A DNA stretch of 59,435 nucleotides, counting the filler, from Stramenopiles sp. TOSAG23-6 (Eukaryota): the NCBI GenBank assembly GCA_900128565.1. It is 3 parts of 3 records of this genome, joined end to end, with 100 filler letters (N's around TTAATTAATTAA, not from the genome) between each part and the next. Parts side by side here need not be neighbours in the genome. Positions count along the whole stretch, not along the records: positions 1 to 19,788 come from LT636046.1; 2 more parts are not named here. One strand, written 5' to 3'. Below are positions 1 through 13,000 of the stretch, one piece after another. Numbering within the stretch: the first letter of the stretch is position 1; every line of letters starts with the position of its first letter. Both the position numbers and the translations under genes were made by a program. The notes beneath the pieces are model-generated. The model saw only the letters and a program-made list of their open reading frames with translations, searched no databases and was not told the DNA's origin.

Positions 1-42
<42 letters not shown>

Positions 43-52
43 CACTACACAG

Positions 53-247
53 GCTATGGAACATTATAATAAAACTGGTCATCCTATTGTACTCAATTGT
101 AATCAAAAATGGTGTCATTGTTATTCTTGCGATGATTGGGTGATGAATGACAACTCACGTGCTGAGTTGTTTATTATTCGAAATACTTTAAATGCTGTTC
201 AAAATCAGAAATTTTTGGCGTCTCGAACCCGATCTGGAAAAGTTCAC
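53..247 (+). CDS. Internal exon encoding a zf-UBP (BUZ) zinc finger, probably from a ubiquitin-specific protease
   Basis: AMEHYNKTGHPIVLNCNQKWCHCYSCDDWV matches the zf-UBP pattern H-x4-H...CYxCDxxV. It is preceded by acceptor CACTACACAG (ends 52) and followed by donor GTATAT at 248. Confidence 0.7.
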
Positions 248-263
248 GTATATTTGATTTCCT

Positions 264-311
<48 letters not shown>

Positions 312-386
312 AAATTTTAATTTTTTTTTTCGTAGGAAATTTTGTACCTAACGATTTTTTTTTTGAAATATTTTTCCAAAAAACAT
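248..386 (+). other. GT-AT intron-like segment, possibly chimeric across the poly-T
   Basis: GTATAT at 248, poly-T 267-305, CGTAGGAAATTTTGTACCTAACG at 331-353, TTGAAATATTTTTCCA, ends AAAAACAT at 386. Confidence 0.5.
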
Positions 387-1925
387 GTTGGTTGTATTGT
401 GGGTTCGTTAACTGATGATATTGATCGCGGTGAATTATATGAGGAGCTTCGAAGAACAGCGACAGAGCGTATGTTTTCATCATTATATTTCAAAATCATT
501 TGTTTTTTCGTACGATATTTCATAGTTAATACTTTTTTTTTTTGAGTGTTCGTGTACGTGTTTAATATAATGTCAAATGTATTTATGTTCATGGAAATTT
601 CATACCTAACATCTTTTGTAGTACAAATTATATTTTTTCAAAATACATGTGGACTCATTGAACATAATGAAGAAAGTGATGATGAAGGTGAAAAACCTGG
701 TGACTTTTGGGTTCCTGCCCCGATAGATGCCGATACTCATCATAATGATCATAATGGTACTTCAGATGAAACAGTCGGCGATGATGACGTCATATCGATC
801 TTAGTTAATATATACGGTTCCCGTGAAATATTCGTAAATGAATATCGATTAATGCTTGCTGATCGCTTGTTAGGTAAAGTTAATTTTGAAACCGATGCAG
901 AGACTTTAACTCTCGAATTACTTAAAATGCGATTTGGTGAAGATAGTCTTTTAAATTGTGAAATTATGTTGAAAGATATTGCTGATTCTAAAAGAGTGAA
1001 TAAAGGTTTGCATAAAATTGATAAAAATGCTGATAGGTGTAATAATGGCCAGAATAATAATTCATCATCTCAACAGCAAAATGTTGATAATGGAAATAAT
1101 GATGAAATGATAACTAGTGTTGATTGTGAATCACAGAAAACACAAAATTCTAATAATTGTGTCGATATTCAAAATATATCTGCTACCATCATTTCTAAAC
1201 ATTTTTGGCCACCTTTACAAAGTAGTGATCATTCTTCAAACCTTATTTGGCATCCAGTATGCAGTGCAGCACTTACATCTTTCGCCACGGATTATTCTGT
1301 ACATAAAAAACCACGTAAACTTACATGGTATAAAAACTTAGGTTTGGTTGATTTAGATTTGGAATTTAATGCTGGACATAAACGTTCATTTCGTGTTACA
1401 GCAGTACAGGCCACTGTTATTGCTCATTTTGGTGAAAAATCATCAAGAACCCTATCTGAATTAGCAGAACTTACTGGTCTTACAGCACATACTGATGGTC
1501 AACAAAATGGACGAAATTTATTGAAGCGGGCTTTATCGTATTGGGTAAATCAATTTGTACTAGAAATTCAAGATCAGCATGGGGATGGTATTAATAAAAA
1601 GGTATATTCCATTGTAGAGTCGATTGTGACAGAAAGTCAAAGAACATCTGTTCCAAGTGATATTGACGTTGATGGTGGTATAAGTGCAACGGAATTAGCA
1701 GCTCAGCAACAACAGCGTGAAGAAAATGAATCGTTTTTGAAATATATCATGGGTATGCTTAATTCTCTTGATGCATTACCTATGTTTAGAATACATAATA
1801 TGCTCAAAATTTTTGTGACAACCGGATACACGAAATCAGAAGAGCAATTGCAATGTTTACTTGATTCACTTGTGGATGATGGAAAGTTGGAGTGTGTTGC
1901 TGGTATGTATAGTATCCCTAAATGA
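387..1925 (+). CDS. APC2: Anaphase-promoting complex subunit 2, C-terminal part (exons 387-468, 649-1925)
   Basis: VGCIVGSLTD; WVPAPIDA; DVISILVNIYGSREIFVNEYRLMLADRLL; LELLKMRFGE..L.NCEIMLKDIADSKR (cullin homology); C-terminal WHB YIMGMLNSLDALPMFRIHNMLKIF. Confidence 0.9.
469..648 (+). other. Intron, predicted GT-AT (180 nt)
   Basis: c|GTATGTTTTCA...ATGGAAATTTCATACCTAAC...TTTTTTCAAAATACAT|gt is frame-preserving and removes the stop at 543-545. An in-frame AG at 620-621 is a possible canonical alternative. Confidence 0.6.
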
Positions 1926-2040
1926 TAGCTCTATATATTATACTTCTATGAAATGGATATCCTATTTCTTCACCCGTTTTAAAATGAAAATAAAAAATAG
2001 AAACTTTCGTACCAAAACAAAATTATTTCAATTTTTATTA

Positions 2041-3933
2041 TTAAAGTTTCACATTATATACATTATCAGTTATAGGTACGTACATTGGATCATACATTTT
2101 CCTCGCTAAAATTTCTCTACAATTTAAAACATCATCTGAAGACATTTTAGTAACTAAACCTTCCTTTGCAGCAGCTGTAACAGTAGCTGTGCCTACGTTT
2201 AAAGACACTTCTCGAATTCGATCTAAATCAGGAAAAACCATACCTTTATTAAGTTCATCTTCTGATACGGATTCTGCACAGGCTACCGCGCAAGAATATA
2301 CCATTTTATCCGAACATCTCTTAGCACCACTCAGAGTAGCTCCAAGACCTAAACCTGGAAAGATAAACATATTATTACATTGTGACGGTGTCATAATAGT
2401 ACCATTTTTCATTTTCACAGGATCAAAAGGAGAACCAGATGCAAATATACAAGATCCTTTTGTCCAATTGTAGGCATCAGCGGCAGAACATTCTGCTTTT
2501 GATGTTGGATTTGAAAGTGGGAATATTATCGGCCTTTCGGTATTATGATGCATTGTTTTGATGATAGATTTATCAAATAGACCCCCTTGTGCACTTAATC
2601 CAAGTAATATAGATGGCTTGTGTTCTTTCATAGCGTCGCTGAGCGACATTCCTGCTAAATTGTCAGATCTAGCAAAACGGCTTTGTGCCAAACTTAGATG
2701 TTTGCTATCTTTTGAAAGGACACCATTCACATCACATACTACAAATTGTTCTACTGCTTCGTGTTCTTTGAGACCTTGCTGTTTCATTGCATTCATCAAA
2801 GCTTCGGCTACACCAATACCAGCACTACCTGCACCAGCAATGAGAATTCGTTGATCTTTCAAAGAAGTTACAGAACGACCAGTACATCTTAATGCTGACA
2901 TTATACCAGCAATCGCCACTGCACCTGTTCCTTGAATATCATCATTAAACACAAGTCTTTCACTCCTGTAGCGATCGAGTATTATTTGAGCTTTATCACT
3001 ACTAAAATCTTCAAACTGAAGAAAGGCATTCGGGTATCGATTAAAAACAGCACTGACAAACTCATCAAGAAGTTCATAATACTCATCACCCGTAACACGC
3101 GTGTGCTTCAATCCTAAATAAAAAGGGTCTTGAAGAAGTTCCTCGTTGTTTGTACCAAAATCAAGTTGTACTGGCAAAACTCTGTGAGGAGCAATACCAC
3201 CAGCAGCACAATATAGTGCTAATTTTCCTACAGGAATTGCCATACCGTTAGCACCTAAGTCACCGAGACCTAAAATTCTACTTCCATCAGTTACAACCAC
3301 AACTTGTACGTCTTTTGAAGGCCAGTTGTGCATCATTGACGCCATGTTCATCCTGTCAAGAGTACAGAAATACATGCCTCGAGGACGTCGGAATTGAATG
3401 CCGAAATTTTGGCAAGCCTCACCGACTGTTGGAGTGTAAACAATTGGAGCTAATTCCTTAATATTATCTACCAACACACGATGATAAAGAGTCTCATTTC
3501 GATCGTGGATTTCATTCAAAAATATATGCTTTCGAAGTGGAGTCTCCTCGTCTTTTAGAACCTCCGAAATACGTTTAACTTGAGCCTTCATCGTAAAACG
3601 CCGAGGAGGAAGCAAACCACGAAGACCAAGACGATCACGTTCTCCATGGCGGAACGCGGTTCCTTTGTTATATAAAGGATCGGTGAGTATTTCACGACCT
3701 TCCTTTTTAGCAATTAACGTTTTGCGCAACTCGTATCGGACGTGAGGGCCAGGGCCAGACACTTCCTTTGTATACTGGATATCCTCATTATCTCCTTTAG
3801 CTTCATTTTTTTTTAAGTGGAGGTCTAAGTCAAAAAAATCACCTTGATGCGGCGGAGGGATAATGCTTACGCAACGAATACCATTTACACGACATAGCAA
3901 TGGTATTTTATGAATGGTACCAAAGCGATACAT
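2041..3933 (-). CDS. NAD(P)-dependent malic enzyme, probably mitochondrial; intronless
   Basis: NKGTAF..ERDRLGLRGLLPP, PIVYTPTVGEACQ, VVTDGSRILGLGDLG, FNDDIQGTG, GAGSAGIG, FPLSNPT, FASGSPF. Confidence 0.95.
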   Translation of the reverse strand: MYRFGTIHKIPLLCRVNGIRCVSIIPPPHQGDFFDLDLHLKKNEAKGDNEDIQYTKEVSGPGPHVRYELRKTLIAKKEGREILTDPLYNKGTAFRHGERDRLGLRGLLPPRRFTMKAQVKRISEVLKDEETPLRKHIFLNEIHDRNETLYHRVLVDNIKELAPIVYTPTVGEACQNFGIQFRRPRGMYFCTLDRMNMASMMHNWPSKDVQVVVVTDGSRILGLGDLGANGMAIPVGKLALYCAAGGIAPHRVLPVQLDFGTNNEELLQDPFYLGLKHTRVTGDEYYELLDEFVSAVFNRYPNAFLQFEDFSSDKAQIILDRYRSERLVFNDDIQGTGAVAIAGIMSALRCTGRSVTSLKDQRILIAGAGSAGIGVAEALMNAMKQQGLKEHEAVEQFVVCDVNGVLSKDSKHLSLAQSRFARSDNLAGMSLSDAMKEHKPSILLGLSAQGGLFDKSIIKTMHHNTERPIIFPLSNPTSKAECSAADAYNWTKGSCIFASGSPFDPVKMKNGTIMTPSQCNNMFIFPGLGLGATLSGAKRCSDKMVYSCAVACAESVSEDELNKGMVFPDLDRIREVSLNVGTATVTAAAKEGLVTKMSSDDVLNCREILARKMYDPMYVPITDNVYNVKL

Positions 3934-4091
3934 TTTACAACTTTCTAATACAGGTAGTTACGCAAAAGAACACCGAGAAGGCGCGTGTTTCTGTTGTTCC
4001 GGGGCAAAAAATATCAGATTCGAAAATGAAAATCGGATGGAATTCGTGTAAAATCAAAGTAAAAAACAAATATAGCAAGTAATTCAATTTT

Positions 4092-7000
4092 TTAATCATC
4101 AAGCATACAAAGCAATGCAACACCTCTTCTTACCCAGTGACTTTGCGGTACTTCAGACGGAATATCTAATGGTACAACAAAATTTGTACTGTGACCTGTA
4201 GTACTTAGTGTCCCTGCACGCACGGATGTTTTATATACAGGACACCTATATGCTTGGATTGTGATTCTCTCATATTCAGTAAAGGTTGTGGGAATCAGTT
4301 GTATTGCAGGCATTTCAAAAAATAACTCGGCCTTTTTACTTTCGGTCATGTTCATTGTTGTTATGTCAAAACGAGCTCCCTGCATATATAATCCATGGAT
4401 ATAAACACCTATATTTTTCATCTCTGGTGTAATATCCTTATATGATATATTGCTGACATCTGTACGAAATGTTAAAGTATCAACTGCTATTTTTGTTTTT
4501 CTCGAATGTGTTTGCAACACTGCAGTCATAAATCCCTGAGGAAAGTAAAAACCTGATAACCAGAACGATGCAGGTGGTCCATTTTCCAGCCACAACTTTG
4601 TGAACTTTAAACGTTCAAAAAAGTCTTTAATCCATGATTCTAATGGTTTTAACGATGGATATGCAGCTTCTTCCCATGATACTGGAACTTTTTGAAATAA
4701 AAAACATTGAAACATTTTCTCCAATTCTCCACTCATTACTACTAATCCTTTGATTGCTTTTTTTAAAAGAATCAACGATTTGTTAACAACAAGAATTAAA
4801 TCATTAAACCTTGATACCTCTTGCAATAAAAACACACCCATTGAGTTCATCGATCCATCTTCTATGACTGCTACAGTATCAGCATTTGCGTTTCGAATAT
4901 CGAAAGGCTCAGGTAAACGATTCAATACATCATCTGCAATACCAATCACTGTAGCTTGAACTGAGTCATTTGAACCACCTCCACCTGATCCACCACCTTC
5001 CATGATTACTAATGTTTTAGTAATGCCACGGGTCTCCTTATGTTGAAATGTAATCGCTGCATTTTGATGTAACCCATAAGCTTCTGGCAATTCCATTTGT
5101 GGTAAATTTTCTATATAATTCCGCGTGTCTTGTAAAGTACCTATAGGTGGAGAGAAATAATGCCCACTATCACTAAACTTGTAACTATCATTCATAACAT
5201 CTGGACAATAATAGCGACTCAATATATTTACATTGGCACGTTTATCCCAATCATCTGTAATACGTCCACCAATTGTCACAACGCCTACACAAACATTCAA
5301 TGTTTCATAAGGTATCTTTTCTTGTTCTTCAAGATATCTTTTTAACTGCATTACAGCTGTCTTGAAGTCTGAATTCATCCAGCCATAAGGAATATTCCAA
5401 CCAATTGCACCGAATTTTCTTCGTTCTAAACAGATTGCATTGTAAAATGCTGTCGCAAATAATAACTTTTTCCAGGATTTGATTTTTGTGCATCCTTCGA
5501 ATTCATCTTCCGTCATATCTAAAAACACTCTTCTCAAATTCATGCGAAGTCCCTTCGGGGGTTCATTTGTAATTTTAACGCCGTTCTGTAAAACAGGAAC
5601 CGGGAAATCTGGTGTTGGACTGGATGTTAACCATAATCGATAATCTTCATGGCAATCTTCTGATGCAGCATACCCTTCTAGTAATTCAGCTAAACGAGGT
5701 AACCATGACACGGATAAATGACAATTTTGTAGGCATACCCAATTACCTGCATCTCTGCCACTCTCCATTAAACTTTCAGCAATTGGACCTTGACCTTGTC
5801 CCAATGAAACGATCTTTAAATTATCGGGGCCATCTTTACCTTTCGATTTTGCTAAATTCAATAAAACATCCATTACATCAGCACCTCTGCTTAAAATAAA
5901 TATTAATGGCATTTTACAATCACTTGAATCATAAGCAATGTCTAAATTGAATGGGGGACTAGTACGAAATTCTTTACCTAAAGTCACTCCAACAAATTCC
6001 ATCATTGCAAAAACAAGTTTTTCAGGTCTCAAAGTTCGTAAAATAATAATTTTTTGAAATCGTGAAAACTTCTCATTCCAAGGAGAGCACAAGTCAATCT
6101 CATGAGGATTTTCAATTTCCGTCACATATTTGTTCCAAAATTCAGCAGTTTCATTTTCACCAATTAATGACCTCGCAAAGGAGTCATCATCATCAATTTG
6201 ACCATCACCATTTGCATCAAAGGCAGGAATTGTAGCACCCAATCGGACCATTTCTGTCCACATTTTATGGGTCAACCACTTAGGCCCCTTCTCTGGAAAT
6301 GGGTTTGCTTCTTCTGCAGGTTGATTTGCTGGAGCACCAACCAATAAAGCTTTCCATTCTTCATCCGAAATTTCGCCAAGCTGTTGAGCAATTCGGACAG
6401 CCATAACAAATGCGTATGTTAACTTATCCTTTTCAAATAGTCCTTGGCACACACCTACATACATCGACCAGGTAATGTCCTTTATGAGTATACTTAAACG
6501 TTCTTCCAATATTTCACTCGGCTCACTTTCTCTGATTCGTTTGTTATACAATGCTTTGAAGTATTGTAGAGAATATTGGTACATAGGGTCCACTGTAGCC
6601 AAAGAAGCAATTACAAAGTACAACACACTACCACGAGTGGCTACATTTCTGTATGTCTCACGAGTCAAACTAATCTCCTCCTGTGTCTTTTCAGCGCTAG
6701 CTAAAGTCTTATTAATTTTATCTGAAGTAATCTTACTTGATCTCAATGAGTCTATTAAAATTTGATCGTCCAAAATATTTCCTTTGGATTCACTCAAAAG
6801 CTTTAAAATTTTATCCTCAATGTTTTGTAAATCAGCTTTACAGGCTGATATCGCAAGCACCAATTCATCCTTTTTCTCTTCCAAATCAGGGCGCTCATTA
6901 CGTACAACATCAACTAACAATTGGTCTTCCAAACCTATTGGTGTTACTGTAAAGTTAATAATTGTGACTTTTATGCAAATCTCTGGCATGTAATGGGGAT

Positions 7001-10000
7001 TGGCTAATTTTGTTGTAATAAAAAATCGAAATTCCGGAGAATATGGAATGTCACTGTCACCTAATCTCAATAATATTTGTCCACCCTTTTTAAAAGTTTG
7101 TTTTAATAGTACGGGCTCTAAACCTGGATCCAGCTCTTCTTCTACATTTTCCAATAACACCGGACTGCCGTATCTGATACCATTTTCTAGTGTCCGAAGG
7201 AAATTTGCTTCTGACAATTTAATAACCTTTAGATCATTTTTAAACATTCTTTTCACCCATATATTAGCTTGTGCTTGTGGGTCTATCATTAAAGGCCATC
7301 GGCGACCTTGCGTAACAAATAAGCCATTCATTATTGAGAAATTATCAGCTGGTAAACCCATAATACCCCATTGTCTTACTTCCACTGGATCAGCGAGAAT
7401 ACGAATCAAGTCAAAATTTGGGTCTACGGGTATGCCAATATCTTTTGCCGCATTTACCCATTCACTAACCATTTGTTTACGAAATGCCAGAGTAAATGGG
7501 CCGATATAAGCGATACAACCAGCAGATATCATCATATTACCAATAAGATTCTTCAAATCTTTTTCAAGTATTTTCAATTTCTCCCCCCATCGGCCTTTCT
7601 CCCCCCCAAGCCCTCCAGTTAACTCGACAGCGCGTCCAAGTCTCGCCTTTGTGAGCTCACTATCCTTTTGTAATTGTGCTTTCTTTGCTAAACTACTCTC
7701 AAACATACTTTGAAGTTCTTTCAACTTGTCCATAACATCTTTTAGAGATGCTTGCTTTGCCCTCAACTCATTCATGACTACTTCTAATTCTTCCTCTGCT
7801 TTTTTTAGTGCTTCGCGCTTTGGGCCTATTTGTTTCGCAACTCTATCATATGTATGCATAGCAAGCACCCACATACATAAACATGCTGCTGCTTTCGATG
7901 TATTCGAAACATCCTTTGCAGTAAAATCTTCCCTATTAATATATTTATTCAGCTTTTTAATCGTTTTTTTTTTGATGTTATCTTTGTCATAATTTTTTAA
8001 CTGTTGTAAGAAGTCCATTTGGCCTAGTAACTTTTTACCTTCACTCCACTCAGGTTTCTTTCCCATCAAAACACACACAGCTTCCAATGTTACGCCAACA
8101 AGCATCGGTGGATTAGCAAACGATTTCACTTCTTGTAAAGACTTTTTATCTAAAGCATCTAAGGATTTAATAGCTTCATAATATGCTGGCAATGCTTCAT
8201 CTAAATCTGCCTGAACACCATCTTTCAATGTTTTTACTTTTGCAGCTTCTTTTGCTGCTGCAGCTTCCTCAATTTCACATTTAGCTTTCTTTTCAGCAGC
8301 AACAACTTGATCTTTCTTCAGCTGTACTAACAGTTCATTTGTATCTTTTTCAGCTTTGGCTAATTTTGGTTGTAAAATTTTCAACTCCTTTTGTAATTCA
8401 CTAACAATTCCTTCTGCATATTCAATTTTATTGAGGCCTAATTGATATCTAGAAACAGCATTTGTTACTTTCTCACTAGCCTCACCTAGTTTTGTAGTAT
8501 ACAGAGAAATCAATTCTAAATATGATGTGGGAGTTGTATAATTATACCTTCCCTCCTCAGCCAAATACTTTCCTGTATTTGTTTCTACACTACGATGAAT
8601 TTTTACAGCCATACGACACAATGATTCTACAACATTATTTATATTTAACTCATTGCCCTTTTTCTGCAAGAAAAAATTTGCTACACTGAACAGTGCATCA
8701 GCTGGCCAGGCACTGAACCAATCAATAGTACAACAGTTGACAAGCGAAGGAAACATACGACATCGCGTGCGAAAGGATGAACCAATCGGCGACGCACAAA
8801 AGACTATATGCAAATTTTCACGAACACAGTTTACAAAATGTGCCATTTTTGCATCGGTAGTAGTCGCTTCAATATCTTGATCTTTGCACATTTTTTCTAC
8901 CTTTGTAAGTATCATTTCAATTTCATCCAATTCGAATATATTAGGTACTTCACCACTATTTAGTATATTATTTACATCTTCAAGACAACTTTCCATTACA
9001 ACCTGTGTATCTGAATACAAAAATACTACTTGTTTATTATCTGCACCGGCTGTCATGAGCAACGTTTTTATATCTTCTCGCCATTCAGTAAAGCCGTATC
9101 CGCGAGTGATTTCTATACTTATACATTTATATTGTGCTACAAATGTTGCTAATCTCGTAAGTGATTTACGCCCACTTCCACCAACACCTACCAGTAACGC
9201 ATTTCCTCTAGGCTGACGAAGTATTCTGCTAATTCTAGCTAAATGCAAGATTGCATCTTCAAAAAATACTAATGACATGGTTGTTGGAAATGTAATATTG
9301 TACTCCTCAAGATATTCTGTGAATAAATTACCTAACTTATCATTATTATTTTCTACTTCAACATAAGGTACAACACGCCGTTCATCATCTTGGCCAGTGC
9401 CTGCCGTTTCAAAATCTCCAAAAATTAATTTTGAAAATGCAGATATCTCCCATTCTGTGTCTGCGTACTTTAATAACATTTCACCTATTTTTTTATTGAA
9501 CCAACCACGATCATTTTCATCAACTAAACGATCACGAAAGACGCGAGATTCCTCATGACACCATAGCCTTAATAAACCTGACTCTGTTGAAAATACTTCT
9601 TTAGATGACATTAGAATTCCCTGAAATACTTTACTCAAATCACGTAAATTAAATGTATAGTGGGATTTCTGTGGGGTCGGCAATAGTGCTTCTTTTATAG
9701 ACGAATAAACCTCAACTGATGCTAAACTAATTTTTGAAGAAAATTCAACCAAAGAAGGTGAAACAATACCTAAGAAACCTTCTAATATTGCATTGACAAT
9801 GGTTACCATAGATGCTTCACTCAAATCAGTCATCCAAATTAGATTAAAGCGACGCGTCAAACGCGCAGTTACATCAGCTCGACCACCACCAGGTGGTGCA
9901 CAAGCAGATGCAAATGTACAGCCTTCAACATTCTTAAAAAATAGTTTCTTAATATCGCAAAAGCTACCATCCATAACCTGGCGTAAAAGTTCGTTTGGAG

Positions 10001-13000
10001 GTTGCGCACCATACTCTTCCAATTGGGGCATGTTCAAATCGTCAATGAAAAACAACATGCTTTTACCAAACGGAGGACCAAGGAGTGTTTTCCTTTTTTT
10101 TTCTAATTTTGATTCAAATAATGAAACTAAATTTTTAGGTGTAGTTTGCGCAGAGTAATTTGCTGTGGCTGACGTGAACTTCCCAGTGGCAACTAAATCA
10201 TTGAACAATGATTGAATCACCATTGATTTACCAACCCCTGTTAATCCCATGATTAAAGCATGATTTTCGTTACACACTAGCGTATTTAGCAACCATCTAT
10301 ACCGTGTAGTATCTGTAGTAGGTACTACGATATCAAAGTATGGCGTGGCAATATCAAATACATACTCTTTTGTTTGTTCCTTCCACGATAACCATTGCAT
10401 TGCATGTGAGCCATTTGCACTGACTAAATTTGGGGAAAAGTCATATCCATTGTCTACACAACTCGATGATCCACTTGAAAATAATTTGTCGATTAATTCT
10501 GTTTTAGCAAATTCATTAAATTTTGGCCTGGTTTTATCATCAGTATTACCACCAATACTCCAATATATAGCAAATACGAAAATATGGAGAAGGGCATTTT
10601 CAACTTCTGCTGAACCTGGGACCATTTCGCTCAATTTTTGTTGGTTATCTTTCAATACAGATGTTGTAATATTCAGCAAAGATTGTATCATGTTCATTCT
10701 TGAACCAAATATTCCCATTTTACAAAATTCATACATAAAATCTAACATTTTATCTGCATATTTGTTCATCAAATCACACAAGAAATCAATGTGTGTCTCA
10801 AATGGTTCATTTGGATCAACTTCAGATTCTAAAGACAAACCTGTTTTTTGCTCATGATCATTTTCATTCATTTCATTACTCTTCATAGATTTTTTTGGTC
10901 TATTTCCAAGCGGGCCTTTCATTTTCCATCGAGATATTAATGACATATGACCAATATGCTGTTGTTCCATAAACACCATACCACATCGACTCACTGTGGC
11001 TGGCGAAGCAACTTTTAAATCTTCCACTTCAAACATCATATGTAATGATGGTGCAAGTTTAATTCGCTCTGAATTCGCCAAACATAGTGTTTTATTATCA
11101 TCTAATACTGTGTTCATATTTTCTATCCAAAGCGTGTCTACAGGTCCATCAAATACAGCCCATTTTCTATGCCCGTCACTGACATCACGACAAGCTTGGC
11201 GTACCATTTTTGGTACTAGACCATCAGACCACTCTCCAGTCAATTCATTGAATTGACCATACAACTCGCCTGCAGTAATACTCTTTGGATTTAAAGTATA
11301 CAAATCAACTTGTTTATACATATCATCTACAATGCCAGCATCAAAGAGTTCACCAAGTCCTTTGGCAAGCATATGTATTGCAGCCGTTTTGCCGGAACCA
11401 GTTTGACCAACAACCATCATTCCATGCCTTACAGTTTGCGTTTCGTGTATCTGAATTACTTTTGCAATGAAAGATGGTAGAGGTACAAAATTTGCCAATT
11501 TACTCTGGCTTTCAATAGCACGTTGAAGACTACCATAGTCAACATATGGTACATCAATGCCTGGAAATAAATCCTTAATTATTCCATTAAATAAGGGTAC
11601 ATCGCGTTCAAGAAATTTTGGTAAGTTAGAATCTCTCATTGCCCGAATAAGTAATAAATTTTCATCAGTATCTGGTTCTTTTCTCTTGAGTTTACCTGCT
11701 GCTACAAGTACAGACTTTACAGCACGCATACCAAAATCATAATGATCTTGTTTACTAAGTTGTTCACTACTTAACTTGTAGAGCTGTGCCATTTTATTAC
11801 TTAATCTGAACGCATCGCCAAAACCTTGCGCAAAGAGCATAATTTCTGCTATCATGCGATAATCTGGAACCATACATGCTACAGGTCTAAATAATGCATT
11901 TAGATTATCAGGCAATTCCGTCCGACCGGCATAACCTGGATTCATAGTAATGAATACACCAAAATTACTAGCCCTTTTAACCATTTTACCTTCGAATTCA
12001 AACACAGGTTTTTCTGCTAAGATTGCATGCTGTATAGTAATTATTTGTTGAGCAATGACACTTAAAACTTCGATATTAATACGATTAAATTCATCAAAAC
12101 ATGACCACGCCCCTGACTGAACAAGTCCGGAGAAGAAACGCCCCATTATACGGAAATCCAATTGATCGGAGCAATTAAACACAACACATTGTATGGCTAA
12201 TGCTTTTGCTAAATCCTTTACTGTTTCTGTTTTACCAGTTCCTGCAGGACCAGCCGGAGCCCCACCAAAGCTCAAATGAACAGCTCCGGTGAGAGTCATA
12301 TAAATAATATCAGTCAAAGGTGTAATCACCAATCTCATACCATTACCTAAATATTCATAAGCATAAACAAACCTTGTATTCGTCTGTCTTATAACACAAT
12401 TATCAATTTCAGAGTCCCAATACATCCGCAGCTGTTTTGTCCACTCAAAATCAGTTACACTACATATATCCTTCTTGACCATATTTTTAAGGACTTCACG
12501 CGCATGTACATCCATGACTGTTAATGCACCCATCATTATACGTTGATTTTTGTTCAAATTGCCTCGCACCATGGTCACCATAAAATTAATTTGTCGAACA
12601 GTATATTCTAAAAACTTTGAAACAGCTTTCTGATCCACACCAGCCTCAACATCTTTAATAGCTTTGAAACAATTTCTTGCCCAGAATATTTGGTCAACGA
12701 CAAGAACAATCTGTGCTGGATACGCCTTTAGCCATGTATCACGCTCAATTGCTTCTTCATATGATGGATACTTTGCTATTGCATCTTTAGCAATATCATA
12801 TAAAGTTTTTCTCATCATTTTTTCAATATCTAGCAACCAAAATTCTACTGCACCTTCAGCCATTACAACATCTGAAAATGTCACTACTTCTCCAGCGCCA
12901 TCCGATACCATGGCATGCATCTCTGTTCCATTTTGAAAATCTAATCGAGCCATAGCATCGAAACACTTACACAAATGAGGCTGAACTGCTTTTGGATCTC

